From NCBI GenBank assembly GCA_963842525.1, contig CAWJGT010000007.1, forward strand, positions 32,001 to 96,000: a DNA stretch of 64,000 nt, given 5' to 3'. Source of the DNA: an uncultured Holophagales bacterium (GTDB taxonomy: Bacteria; Acidobacteriota; Thermoanaerobaculia; Multivoradales; UBA5704). The notes beneath the pieces were generated by a model. It was not told where the DNA came from and ran no database searches. It saw only the letters and a program-made list of their open reading frames with translations. Positions 28,278 to 38,374 of the stretch are shown piece after piece. Position numbers and translations under genes: made by a program. Positions within the stretch are counted from its first letter, which is position 1, and every line of letters begins with the position of its first letter.

Positions 28278-28425
28278 GGCCCTCACCCCCGACCCCTCTC
28301 CCATCCGCACTCCCTTCCCCCGGGAGAGGGGGGTAAAAATGCACTGTCAGGAAACTTCTGGATGGGGGCTCCCCTCTCCCGGGCGGGTGTGAGTGCGGAT
28401 GGGAGAGGGGTCGGGGGTGAGGGCC
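28278..28425. repeat. CCCTCACCCC-type REP inverted pair
   Basis: ccctcacccccgacccctctcccatccgcactc...gagtgcggatgggagaggggtcgggggtgaggg; related copies at 48169, 51678 and 54171-54442. Confidence 0.88.
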
Positions 28426-28443
28426 CAGGGCGACGCCGGTCTT

Positions 28444-29025
28444 TTAGATCCGCAGGTGTCCCAGCAGTCTTTCGGGGTCGACCGGTTTCACCAGGTGGAC
28501 ATCGAAGCCTGCCTCCAGAGCGCGCCGCCGGTCTTCGTCGCGCCCGTATCCGGTGACGGCGATGAGGAGGGTGGCGGCGGTCTCCGGGCTCTGGCGCAGG
28601 GTGCTGGCCACGGAAAAGCCGTCCATCCCCGGGAGGCCGATGTCGCAGAGCACGACGTCCGGCCGCCCGGCCCTCGCGGCTTCCACCCCCTCCGGGCCCG
28701 TATAGGCCAGGGCCACCTCGTGGCCGCAGATTTCGAGGAGCAGCCGGAGGCTCTCGGCCGAGTCGCGGTTGTCCTCGACGACCAGGATCCGCAGGTGTCT
28801 CTCGGCCGGCTCGGCAGTGGATGCGCCTCCGGTCAGCGCCGGCGTCTCCGGCTTCTGCGGCGCGCTGATCCGCGCGATGGCACCGGCAGCCGCATCGCCC
28901 AGGGCCTGCAGGGCCTCGAGCTCCTCGCGGCTCGCCTCGCGCAGCACGGCCATCATGGCTTCCATGTCCTGGCAGAGCGAGAGCCGCTGCACCACACGAA
29001 TAAGCTCAGGCTGAAGAACCATCAC
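28444..29025 (-). CDS. Receiver-domain protein, probably the deleted remnant of a hybrid sensor kinase
   Basis: [32 protein letters not shown]; the N-terminus resembles the start of a GAF domain. Confidence 0.8.
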   Translation of the reverse strand: MMVLQPELIRVVQRLSLCQDMEAMMAVLREASREELEALQALGDAAAGAIARISAPQKPETPALTGGASTAEPAERHLRILVVEDNRDSAESLRLLLEICGHEVALAYTGPEGVEAARAGRPDVVLCDIGLPGMDGFSVASTLRQSPETAATLLIAVTGYGRDEDRRRALEAGFDVHLVKPVDPERLLGHLRI

Positions 29026-29102
29026 CGGTTAGTCTACCGCGGGCGCAGGGCATATACTCCTGTCCAAGCCGGTTCCGGACGTGCTGGAAGCGGCAGGCAG
29101 TC

Positions 29103-30128
29103 ATGACAATTCCGATCTCCGTGTTGGACCTGGCCCCGGTCGGGTCGGGCTCCACGCCGTCGCAGGCACTCCGCAATACGGTCGAGTTGGCCCGCCTCGC
29201 GGAGCGGCTCGGCTATACGCGCTGCTGGTACGCCGAGCACCACAACATTCCCAGCGTCGCCAGCTCGTCGCCCGAAGTGCTGATCGGGCACGTGGCCTCG
29301 GCGACCGAGCGGATCCGGGTCGGCTCCGGTGGGATCCTGCTCCCCAACCACGCGCCGCTGCGGGTGGCCGAGGCGTTCCACACCCTCGAAGCCCTGCACC
29401 CGGGCCGCATCGATCTCGGCATCGGCCGCGCGCCGGGCACCGACCCGGCCACCTCGCAGGCGCTGCGTCCCTTCGACGCCGAGCAGTTCCCGGCCCAGTT
29501 GGCCGAGCTGCTGGCGCTCTCCCGGGGCGACATCCCGGACGATCATCCGTTCCGGTCCGTGCGGGTCATGCCGGACGACGTAAAGCTCCCGCCGATCTGG
29601 CTGCTGGGGTCCAGCGGCGCCACCGCCAGGCTCGCCGGCTCCATGGGCCTGGGCTACAGCTTTGCCCGGCATTTCAGCCAGGAGCCGCCGGCGCCGGCGA
29701 TCCGCGCCTATCGGGAGAGCTTCCGGCCGTCGGAGCAATCCCCGAAGCCGCACGCGATCCTGGCGGTCGCCGTCATCTGCGCCGAGACGGACGAACGGGC
29801 CGAGCATCTCGCCTGGACCGTGGACCTCACCTGGGTCCGGCTGCACAGCGGCCGGCCGGGCCCGCTGCCGACCCCGGAAGAAGCCATGGCCTATCCCTAC
29901 ACGCCGCACGAGCGAGCCATCGCGCGCCGCGCCCGAGCCCTCAACATCATCGGCAGCCCGGCCACCGTGCGCGCGCAGATCGAGGCCCTGGTCGAGGAGA
30001 CCGGCGCGGACGAGGTGATGGTGACCACAACGATCCACAACCCCGCGGAACGGCTGCGCTCCTACGAGCTCCTGGCCGGGGCCATGAGCGAGATGAAAGT
30101 CGCGGAGCAGACCGTTGGAGACCGATAG
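29103..30128 (+). CDS. LLM class flavin-dependent oxidoreductase (luciferase-like)
   Basis: [39 protein letters not shown]. Confidence 0.93.
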   Translation: MTIPISVLDLAPVGSGSTPSQALRNTVELARLAERLGYTRCWYAEHHNIPSVASSSPEVLIGHVASATERIRVGSGGILLPNHAPLRVAEAFHTLEALHPGRIDLGIGRAPGTDPATSQALRPFDAEQFPAQLAELLALSRGDIPDDHPFRSVRVMPDDVKLPPIWLLGSSGATARLAGSMGLGYSFARHFSQEPPAPAIRAYRESFRPSEQSPKPHAILAVAVICAETDERAEHLAWTVDLTWVRLHSGRPGPLPTPEEAMAYPYTPHERAIARRARALNIIGSPATVRAQIEALVEETGADEVMVTTTIHNPAERLRSYELLAGAMSEMKVAEQTVGDR

Positions 30129-30162
30129 TAGTTTATTAAGGAGCTCTTGGTGCGCGCCGCGC

Positions 30163-30546
30163 CTACCACGCCACTCTAAGAAGGTCTGAAACGTAGTCGA
30201 AGTGGTCGTCCCGGCTGACGACGGGCTGATGGTGTTGCCGCGCCAGGGCGGCGATCCAGATGTCGTTCTCTGGAATGGGGCGGCCTTTCCGGCGAAGCTC
30301 GTCCCGCACCTGGGAATACGTCTCCGCTGTCGTCTCGTCAACCAGCAGCACAAAGGATTCTCGGATGAGGATCTCGAGGAGTTTCTGGAGATCACCGCGA
30401 CGACGTGAGCCAAGAAGCCCGTAGCGGTATTCGCCGATGACAACGACAGGGAGGTGGTGGCGCTCGTCCGCGGCCAACACCTCACCAAGGGCAGGATCAC
30501 CAGCGAGGAGAGCGGAGACAGCGTTGGTATCGAGGATCACCGCCAC
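30163..30546 (-). CDS. vapC: VapC PIN-domain toxin
   Basis: [30 protein letters not shown]. Confidence 0.92.
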   Translation of the reverse strand: MAVILDTNAVSALLAGDPALGEVLAADERHHLPVVVIGEYRYGLLGSRRRGDLQKLLEILIRESFVLLVDETTAETYSQVRDELRRKGRPIPENDIWIAALARQHHQPVVSRDDHFDYVSDLLRVAW

Positions 30547-30787
30547 TCATCCGGATCAATGTCCTCGAGCTCGGCTGCAACGACCGCATCGACGGCCTCC
30601 ACATCCTCTCGCCGTGCCTGGCCGAAGACGCTTCGCCAGCCGCGTTGCGACGACGTTCCTAGAGCCTTCCGCTTCAGATGTGCCTGGAGCGCCTCCGCGA
30701 CGAAATCCTTGAGGCTCTCCCCTCGCAGCGCAGCCGTGGCTTTGGTCTGCCGAAGAGCTCGTCCGGAATCTCTAGAGTGGTCTTCAT
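30537..30787 (-). CDS. RHH antitoxin (VapB-like); one-base frameshift near 30750
   Basis: [12 protein letters not shown]|[22 protein letters not shown]...IDPDEWR; overlaps the toxin start. Confidence 0.8.
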
Positions 30788-30909
30788 GGTCCCATCTTCC
30801 CATATTTATGGGCGCGAGTCCACCTGGGCACAACACCCCTGCGCCCTTGTCGGATAGGATTGGGGGCCCTGCCGGCTGCGGCAGGACCCAACGATCGAGG
30901 ACCTCTGCA

Positions 30910-32910
30910 ATGCCCGACAGCACCCCCTCCACCCCCGGACGTGACTTCATCCGCGACATGGTCGAGCGCGACCGTGCCGCGGGCAAGTATGGCGGCAGGG
31001 TGGTCACACGTTTTCCGCCGGAGCCGAACGGCTACCTCCATATCGGTCACGCCAAGTCGATCTGCCTCAACTTCGGCCTTGCGCTGGAGAACGGCGGGAC
31101 CTGCAACGTCCGTCTCGACGACACCAACCCCGAGACCGAGGATCAGCAGTACGTCGAGGCGATCCAGCGGTACGTGCGCTGGCTGGGCTTCGACTGGGGG
31201 GAGAATTTCTTCCATGCCTCGGACTACTTCGAGCAGCTCTATGACTTCGCCGTCGAGCTGATCCGGCGGGGCAAGGCCTACGTCGACAGCCTGAACGAGG
31301 ACGAGATCCGCGAGTACCGGGGCACTGTCACCGAGCCCGGCCGGAACAGCCCCTACCGCGACCGCAGCGTCGAGGAGAACCTCGACCTCTTCCGCCGGAT
31401 GCGGGCCGGCGAGTTTCCGGACGGCGCCCACGTGCTGCGCGGCAAGATCGACATGGCCTCGCCCAACATGAAGATGCGGGACCCGCTCTTCTACCGCATC
31501 AAGCACGCCACCCACTTCCACCGCGGCAATGCCTGGTGCATCTACCCGTTCTACGACTTCGCCCATCCGCTCTCGGACGCCATCGAAGGCATCACCCACT
31601 CGCTCTGCACGCTGGAGTTCGAGAACAACCGGGAGATCTACGACTGGCTGGTCGACACCTTGGAATTCCCCGACCCGCCGCGGCAGACCGAGTTCGCCCG
31701 CCTCAACCTCACGTACACGGTGTTGAGCAAGCGCAAGCTCCTGGCGCTCGTCGAGCGCAAGCTCGTGACGGGCTGGGACGATCCGCGGATGCCGACCCTC
31801 GCCGGGCTGCGCCGCCGCGGCTTCACTCCCGAGGCGATCCGCGACCTCTGTGAGCGCGTCGGCGTCGCCAAGGCCAACAGCACGGTGGACGTGACGCTCC
31901 TGGAGCACTGCCAGCGCGAGGACCTCAATCCGCAGGTTCCCCGGGTGATGTGCGTGCTGCGGCCGTTGCGGCTGGTGATCGAAAACTACCCCGAAGGCCA
32001 GGTCGAAGAGCTGGACGCGCCGCTCTATCCGCACGACGTGCCCAAGGAGGGGAGCCGGAAAGTGCCGTTCTCTCGCGTCCTCTACATCGAGCGGGACGAC
32101 TTCGCGGAGCAGCCTCCGAAAGGTTTCCATCGACTGGCCCCCGGCCGCGAGGTGCGGCTGCGCTATGCGTACCTCGTCCGCTGCGAGAGCGTCGTCAAGG
32201 ACGCGAGCGGTGAGATCGTCGAGGTCCGCTGCACCTACGACCCAGCCACCCGCGGCGGCTCGGCCCCGGACGGCCGCAAGGTGCCGGGCACCCTGCATTG
32301 GGTGTCCGCGGACCACTCGATACCGGTCGAGGTGCGGCTGTACGACCGCCTTTTCCGGGTCGAGCGGCCGGACCTGGAAGAAGGAGATTTCGAGGAGTAT
32401 CTCAACCCCAAGGCCCTCGAAACCCTTGCGGACAGCCGCCTCGAGCCGGCGGCAGCGGATCTGGGCGAGCGGTTGCAGTTCGAGCGGCAGGGCTACTTCT
32501 TCCGCGATCCTGTCGATTCGAGCCCCGGCCATCTCGTGTTCAACCGCACCGTGCCACTCCGGGACTCGTGGGCGCAGGAAGTCCAGAAGCAGTCGCCCGC
32601 CGCCTCGACCTCAGCCGGCGCGCAGAAGCCGCCCGAGCCGAGGGCGCCGAAGGTGAAGGAAGAGAAAGCCCCCGAGCCGCTCTCGCCGGAGGAGCTGGAG
32701 CAGCTCGAGCAGATGCGGCCCGAGGTCCTGCCGATCGTCCAGGGCGTGCTCGCCGCACACCCCAACGAAGTCGAGCGCTACCGCGCCGGACAGACCGGCG
32801 TCCTCGGCTTCCTGATGGCGCAGGTGATGAAACAGTCAGGAAAGGGCGGCGGCAAGGCCAACGCCAAGCTGATCAGCGTGATGCTGGCCCGGGAGCTGAG
32901 CGGCTCGTAG
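30910..32910 (+). CDS. glnS: Glutamine--tRNA ligase with C-terminal YqeY/GatB-like domain
   Basis: [43 protein letters not shown]; tail [18 protein letters not shown]. Confidence 0.96.
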   Translation: MPDSTPSTPGRDFIRDMVERDRAAGKYGGRVVTRFPPEPNGYLHIGHAKSICLNFGLALENGGTCNVRLDDTNPETEDQQYVEAIQRYVRWLGFDWGENFFHASDYFEQLYDFAVELIRRGKAYVDSLNEDEIREYRGTVTEPGRNSPYRDRSVEENLDLFRRMRAGEFPDGAHVLRGKIDMASPNMKMRDPLFYRIKHATHFHRGNAWCIYPFYDFAHPLSDAIEGITHSLCTLEFENNREIYDWLVDTLEFPDPPRQTEFARLNLTYTVLSKRKLLALVERKLVTGWDDPRMPTLAGLRRRGFTPEAIRDLCERVGVAKANSTVDVTLLEHCQREDLNPQVPRVMCVLRPLRLVIENYPEGQVEELDAPLYPHDVPKEGSRKVPFSRVLYIERDDFAEQPPKGFHRLAPGREVRLRYAYLVRCESVVKDASGEIVEVRCTYDPATRGGSAPDGRKVPGTLHWVSADHSIPVEVRLYDRLFRVERPDLEEGDFEEYLNPKALETLADSRLEPAAADLGERLQFERQGYFFRDPVDSSPGHLVFNRTVPLRDSWAQEVQKQSPAASTSAGAQKPPEPRAPKVKEEKAPEPLSPEELEQLEQMRPEVLPIVQGVLAAHPNEVERYRAGQTGVLGFLMAQVMKQSGKGGGKANAKLISVMLARELSGS

Positions 32911-32917
32911 GCGAGGA

Positions 32918-33145
32918 TCAAGCGAAGCTTGCTACAGCGACACTCCTGGGTTTCGCCAAGCTTCGCCGATGCAGCTTAATCCTTTCGATCTCGTAAAGGG
33001 TCTCGGCCGTCAGGTAGCTCTCTCCGCAGTGCGGACATACCACGACAGGCACATTCTCGATCACCAACAAATTGGCCCCCTTGCCGTAGCTCCGGGTCAT
33101 AAGACGGACTTCGGCCCCGCTCTTGCCACAGATATCACAGACCAT
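32918..33145 (-). CDS. YgiT/MqsA-type zinc-finger protein
   Basis: CDICG...IENVPVVVCPHCGESY. Confidence 0.85.
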   Translation of the reverse strand: MVCDICGKSGAEVRLMTRSYGKGANLLVIENVPVVVCPHCGESYLTAETLYEIERIKLHRRSLAKPRSVAVASFA

Positions 33146-33166
33146 TGTGTTCCCCTTCGTTCTCAT

Positions 33167-33451
33167 TCAATCAACATAGACCGTCAAGATCACGAGCTTG
33201 TCCGTGGGGCCGAATTTTCCGACAACCACAGCACTTCGGGCTCCGTCTACAGTCGCTCCGCGGACCAGGTACTTGGGTTCCCGAGTACGGCGGTTTCGCT
33301 GCCGCTCGACGATCTCCCCTGTCAGGATGACACTCTCCACGTCGAAGATCGTCAACCCATCGTTGTCCATCTCCTCTTCCGCATGGGTTGTCATGACATA
33401 GAGCCGCCTGCGGACCTTCTCTCGCATTCGGGTGAGAGTACGGGCCGGCAT
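33167..33451 (-). CDS. DUF4258 family putative toxin
   Basis: YVMTTHAEEEM..DGLTIFDVE..GEIVE..KYLVRG..LVILTVY. Confidence 0.85.
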   Translation of the reverse strand: MPARTLTRMREKVRRRLYVMTTHAEEEMDNDGLTIFDVESVILTGEIVERQRNRRTREPKYLVRGATVDGARSAVVVGKFGPTDKLVILTVYVD

Positions 33452-33624
33452 CCGGGCATTCTACGGCATGCGGTCGGTTTCTCGGGGTGTGGAGGGAGGA
33501 AGGCGGCGCAGCGCCTCGGCGCTGTCCGTCCATCCAGAGCCTGCCACTCCTGGTCGACAGCCCGCGTAGGGAGCCCCCTTCTAGGGTATGATCTAGAGAT
33601 GGTTAGCTATGGAAAGGAGAACGC

Positions 33625-33825
33625 ATGAAGAAGAGCCGTCTTTTCGCGCTGGCAGCGGTGCTCGGTCTCGTCGCGCTGGCGGGAGCCGAAGGTGCCAGTG
33701 TGCCCCTCCCAACCTTCTGCATGTGCGCCTGTCCGGATGGCACCGTCATCTGCGTGGAGAGCATCAAAGGGGACTGCGGCGTCCCGTGTGCGCAGGCCAT
33801 GCAGTATTGCCCCTCGGACATGTGA
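33625..33825 (+). CDS. Small secreted cysteine-rich peptide
   Basis: RBS AAGGAG, signal peptide MKKSRLFALAAVLGLVALAG, 7 Cys in the mature part. Confidence 0.7.
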   Translation: MKKSRLFALAAVLGLVALAGAEGASVPLPTFCMCACPDGTVICVESIKGDCGVPCAQAMQYCPSDM

Positions 33826-34072
33826 AGCCAGCTACCGGGGCTTGCCGCGCAGTGTTGTCGCAAGCCTTTGGAGCTCGATTGCCTCTCTGGACCAGCACCT
33901 GACGCTCCTCCGGGTCGAGCGTCAGGTTCGCCTTTTCCCCGAGCAGGAGACTCTTTGTGGCTATCGCCTCGGCGTCCTGGCGGGCGGCGGCCGCCATGGT
34001 GGGCGCGGCGGCAGGGCCCATCCCAAGCCCCAATCCGTGGTACTATTTTTGGGGTCCGGAAGGAGGCCCATC

Positions 34073-34312
34073 GTGATACCGCTCAAAGTGCAATTGACCG
34101 AGGACGATCTCAAGTTCATCGAACAGGCGTGCTCCACTCTGCATTACCGGAGCCGCAGCGAGTATCTGCGCGAGGCCATTCAGAAGAAAATCGAAATGGA
34201 TCGCGCACGCATCCGTGAGCTAAGACGCCAGGAGGCCATGAAGGCGTACGGCCGCGGCCACCTGGAGGACGCTTTCGAGGAGATTGCCGGAGAAGATTTT
34301 GAGGACCGGTGA
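34073..34312 (+). CDS. Ribbon-helix-helix antitoxin
   Basis: RBS AGGAGG and GTG start; KVQLTEDDLKFI...SRSEYLREAI; extended -10 TGGTACTAT upstream. Confidence 0.85.
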   Translation: MIPLKVQLTEDDLKFIEQACSTLHYRSRSEYLREAIQKKIEMDRARIRELRRQEAMKAYGRGHLEDAFEEIAGEDFEDR

Positions 34313-34655
34313 CATCTACCGGGTCCAGCTCGACCCAGTGGTCGGGCATGAGATGAACAAGACCAGACCGGTCGTCGTGCTCAATCCCGGCGACGCCAAG
34401 AGCCTTCGGTTGGCAATTGTGGTGCCAGTGACCGCGTGGAAACCGCACTGGGAAGGCAACGCGTTCTTCCTGACCCTGGACCCCAAAGCCCATCCCGAAC
34501 TGACCAAGAAGTCTGCTGTCGACTGCTACCAGATTCGGGCTCTCAGCCACGACCGGTTCCAGGAGAGGCTCGGTGAGTTGAGCCCGGCCGAGGTCGAGAC
34601 GCTCAAGCGGGCTCTTTCCCTGATCCTCGACATCGAAGCCCGCCACTGCGTGTAG
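34299..34655 (+). CDS. mazF: PemK/MazF family endoribonuclease toxin
   Basis: GDIYRVQLDPVVGHEMNKTRPVVVL, VVPVT, DCYQIRALSHDRF. Confidence 0.92.
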   Translation: MRTGDIYRVQLDPVVGHEMNKTRPVVVLNPGDAKSLRLAIVVPVTAWKPHWEGNAFFLTLDPKAHPELTKKSAVDCYQIRALSHDRFQERLGELSPAEVETLKRALSLILDIEARHCV

Positions 34656-35152
34656 AAGGCCGATGGCTTCCTGGTAGCGTAGGTTCGCCAGAAGCAGGGT
34701 GAAACCGGGGTTTTTCTCCAGGAACTTCGCGAACACCGGGCCAAAATGGATTCCACCCTCGACTTGGAAATTCACCGTCAGGGTGTAATAGACCTTGACC
34801 GCTCGTCCTTCCAGGGTGGATGGTTTGAACTTCCAGGTCTCGACAGCCTCCAGGGCCGCCCGGTCGAGCCCCAAGGGCAGGCCTTTGAGGACCCGTGCGT
34901 TCGTCACATTGCCCTGCTCGTCAATGATCGATTCCACGATCACGACGCCCTGGATCCCTGCCTTGCGGGCGATCTCCGTATAGACCGGTGGCAGGCCGGA
35001 GATTTTTTCCGGCCGACCTCGCCGCCGACCCGATTCGGCGGTACGGCCTCCGCGGGGGCCTCTGGAGTCTGGAGCGCCAAAGCTCCGCCGCCTTGGAGGA
35101 GGAGCACAGCGAGCATAAGGATTGTCGGAGAAATGCGGAGCCTGGCAGGCAT
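34656..35152 (-). pseudogene. TonB-family protein, N-terminal part; interrupted by the RHH-MazF module
   Basis: Signal peptide MPARLRISPTILMLAVLLL, frameshift ~35012, PVYTEIARKAGIQGVVI..LDRAALEAVETWKFKP; runs into the mazF antisense strand with no own stop. Confidence 0.75.
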
Positions 35153-35163
35153 TTTCGTCCCTT

Positions 35164-35836
35164 TCACGAGGAGGCGGCCTCAACCGCCCGGGCGACGATG
35201 TAGAACACGGACCGGCTGGCGCGGCCCCCCAGCCGCTTCGCCCACGAGGTCTGGAGCTGCGGCCAGTCCTCTTCCGGTAGCATACCCCTCTCCATGACCT
35301 CGAACCCCGCGTCTCTATATCTGGGTGCGAGGGTTACATCGATGTACGCCACCGACATGGGCTCCAGCCCGAGACGTTCCACCTCGGTTCGGTCCCGGTC
35401 AGGGTCGAGCCCGAGGATCACCTCCAACAGAGCCCCGGGCGAGCAGACGCGCCGCAGGTTCTGCAACGCCAGCCTGTCCCCTGCGGCCACGGCGCGCAGC
35501 AGGCTGCCCCACGGGAAGTGGACGTGCACCTCGTCGGCGATGCCGTCCAGCTCAGCCGGCAGGTTCTCGACCGCTGCCTGGACGAACAGGGCATTAGGAA
35601 GGCCGCCTTTCGACGGCTTCCTGTGGATCTTCTCCGACACCTTCTCCAGGGGGCGCGGGCTGGCGTCCACCCCGATGTAAAACTTCCTCGGGTTGTGCAG
35701 GGCCGACTGGTACACAAAGACACCGTCCCCGGTCCCGATGTCGATCACCACCCCCTCGCCGGTAGGGGGCGATGAGCTCGTGGAAGCCGTTTCGGTCCAG
35801 TTATCAGGTGGTCCTGCCACGGATCAGCTTCAACAT
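35164..35836 (-). CDS. 16S rRNA m1A1408 methyltransferase (KamB/NpmA-like); 5' end disrupted
   Basis: VIDIGTGDG, IGVDAS, KPSKGGLPNALFVQAAVENLP, HFPWGSLL, TSWAKRL. The family-like start MLKLIRGRTT**LDRNGFHELIAPY has two stops and a frameshift; an alternative in-frame GTG lies at 35820. Confidence 0.8.
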
Positions 35837-35930
35837 GGGGCACATCCTTTCTACGTGGTCAATATACCAGGAAGGTCGCTCCATGCCTGGCGAGGCCTCA
35901 AGACAGGCAGCAGAGAGCCTCCGCTATGCC

Positions 35931-37322
35931 TCAGCGATGAGATTGTCTTCCGCGGCCCTGCGGCTTCGGACGATCTTTTCTCGGCTTCTTGTTTCTTGGC
36001 TTTGGAGCCCGCGAGAAGACGTCGGAGCGAGATCTCCGCGGTCCATCGGTTTCGTCCGGCGTCTCTTCCGAGACGATACCCTGATAGCTCAGGTATTTCC
36101 CCTTCCGCGGATACCAATCCTTGTACGGTGAGATGAGCCCCTCGGCCTGACGTTTCAGTGTGACCAGCGCGGAGTCCGTGAAGTCCTGCTGGATCAGGTT
36201 GCCGCTCCGGATCCGGAACCGGATGCCGGACATGCTCGAAGAGCCTCCCGAGATCATCTCCCGGTCCACCCTCCAGGCTCCCACGATGTGCTCGGCGGCC
36301 ACTTCATAGGTCGCCACCTCCCCGAACTGCCAGACCGCACCGCCCTCCTCTCCCTGGGCGATCGTTTGACTCTGGTCGTAGCGGTAGCGCGACCGGCGCC
36401 GCCATTTCCTCCGGTCCTTCTGTCTCACGCCCGTTTCGACGCTTTCCGCCAGCATCTGGGCCCGGCGGGTGTCGACGTAGGAGTCCATGGCGACGGCATA
36501 GAGGTAGATCGACGCGGAGGTCTCCAGAGGGAAGAACATGGACCCCCGGACGTCGCGCGCGACACAGACGGCGGACTCATTCACAATGTCGTCTTGCGAG
36601 GACCGCCAGATGATCGAGGAGGGATCGTTGAGGCCGGAGCCGCGGAGCTCCCTTTCGAGCCGGCTGGAAAAACCTGTCGTCAAGACTTTGGCGGGTGAAC
36701 GGCTGTCGCCGCGCCAGAACAGCATCGGCCTGGACGAAACCACATCGAATCTTCCCCGCGTTCCCCGGGTCGAGAGGATCAGATCTTCTTCGCCGATCGA
36801 CTCGGAGTCGATCATCTGATTGACCAGCGTCTGGGTGTCCTCGTCGACTGCCGGGACTCCGAGAAGCTCCCGCTTCTTTCGCCGCCGGGCCCGGGCCGGC
36901 TGCACGACCGGGACCGGAGAAGTCGACCGGACGGCAGGCAGCGGCGGCGGCGCGACCGTTTTTATGGCGGCCGGCCGGAGGGCGGGCTGGACGATTGGGC
37001 TCGCCGGCCGCGGAGCCGTCCCAACCCGCGGAACGGCCGGGACCGGGGGAGCCACCGGCCGCCGCTCCGCGTGGAGCCCGGGGCTCTTCGCGACTGGGAC
37101 CTGGACGCGCGGTGCGATCGGCGGGAGCGGCTGGAGGCGGGGAGGCGGCGGCGCGGCCTTCGCCTGGACGGCAGCAAGGGCCTGCTGGACGTGGGGAGCC
37201 GGAAGCCGCGTGGCCGGGGCAGGTTGCCGCGCCTGCACCGAGGACGTCATCGCCGCCTGGACGTGCGGCGCAAGGGTCCTCACAGGAGCTGGCGGCATCG
37301 AGACAGGCGGCTTGCTAGACAT
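35931..37322 (-). CDS. Proline-rich N-terminus plus ADP-ribosyltransferase-like domain
   Basis: APHVQ repeats and a Pro/Ala-rich region; FWRGDSRSP..GF, SAVCVARD, YLYAV, WQFGEVA...IVGAW. Confidence 0.65.
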   Translation of the reverse strand: MSSKPPVSMPPAPVRTLAPHVQAAMTSSVQARQPAPATRLPAPHVQQALAAVQAKAAPPPPRLQPLPPIAPRVQVPVAKSPGLHAERRPVAPPVPAVPRVGTAPRPASPIVQPALRPAAIKTVAPPPLPAVRSTSPVPVVQPARARRRKKRELLGVPAVDEDTQTLVNQMIDSESIGEEDLILSTRGTRGRFDVVSSRPMLFWRGDSRSPAKVLTTGFSSRLERELRGSGLNDPSSIIWRSSQDDIVNESAVCVARDVRGSMFFPLETSASIYLYAVAMDSYVDTRRAQMLAESVETGVRQKDRRKWRRRSRYRYDQSQTIAQGEEGGAVWQFGEVATYEVAAEHIVGAWRVDREMISGGSSSMSGIRFRIRSGNLIQQDFTDSALVTLKRQAEGLISPYKDWYPRKGKYLSYQGIVSEETPDETDGPRRSRSDVFSRAPKPRNKKPRKDRPKPQGRGRQSHR

Positions 37323-37420
37323 GGCGACGGCGAGGCTCCGTGAGCTGGTATCTGCCGCGCCTATTGTAAGGCCTTCGCGTTACTTCCTGACGCTCGGTTC
37401 TATAAGCGGAGCTTGCATTG

Positions 37421-37804
37421 TCATTCGATGGCTTCCACCAGATGCCTGCGGTTCGCCGGTGCTTCAAACGGCTCGGGCCAGAACTCGACCTGGCGTGTGA
37501 TCTTGCCGTCGGCAACCGTGAAGAACGAGATGGCCCTTGCCTTCTGAGCTCCGTCCGTGACTCCGACATCCGAGACTGCCTCTGCTTCGCAGCCGACGAG
37601 GCGATGGATCGTGAAGACCCAGGGGCCGCTCGCAGGGTACTCCGCGTTCATGCGCGCAAAGCGCTCTCTGCCGCGAATGCGCTCGTTGGACTGCGGCCAG
37701 TCGAGGACGTAATCATCGGCGAAAACGGCACCGACTGAGTAGAAGTCGTTGGTCGACATGAGCCGCCAGAACTCGCGGACGACTTCGATTGCGTTGCTGG
37801 GCAT
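37421..37804 (-). CDS. SnoaL/NTF2-like protein
   Basis: VVREFWRLM, WPQSNERIRGR, AISFFTV..GKI..QVEFWPEP. Confidence 0.88.
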   Translation of the reverse strand: MPSNAIEVVREFWRLMSTNDFYSVGAVFADDYVLDWPQSNERIRGRERFARMNAEYPASGPWVFTIHRLVGCEAEAVSDVGVTDGAQKARAISFFTVADGKITRQVEFWPEPFEAPANRRHLVEAIE

Positions 37805-37937
37805 GGCTATCTCCTCCATCTCCGAACCTCCTGCCATGGTCTCCATAGGATGGCACAGTCGGCGGAGGCGGTGGACGTGAAACGGACCGGCGCCTGACGC
37901 GTTCTAGAATGGAGGCCCTTGTTGCTCGGGAGGTGTC

Positions 37938-38373
37938 CATGGCCAGATCCTGGAAGACGCCGCCGGCGGTGGTCCGGCGGAATGGTTGGCTGCTGATCGT
38001 TTCGATGCTCGTGACGTTCGTCGTGCTGCGGGTGTCGCTGCACATGTCCCCGAATTCGGACTTCAACGTCGGCGGCTACAACATCCACCACCTCTTCACC
38101 GGGCTCCTCCTGATCGTGCTCGGCGGCATCCCTCTGGCAGTGTTCCGGGGCTCGACCCGCCGGCTCGACGCGGCGCTGATCGTCTTCGGGGTGGGCCTGG
38201 GCATGACCCTGGACGAGTGGGTCTACCTGATCGCGACCGACGGCACCAACGCCTCTTATCTGCTCCCCGTGTCCTTCTGGGGAGGCGTGGTCGTCATCGG
38301 CGTCGCCTGTGTCTATTGTCTCGGGCTGGTCGTCCTGCGCGGGCAGGAGAGGTCGGACGCCGAGGAAACGTGA
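37938..38373 (+). CDS. Hypothetical membrane protein
   Basis: IHHLFTG, FGVGLGMTLDEW; about 4 TM helices. Confidence 0.75.
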
Positions 38374-38374
38374 C

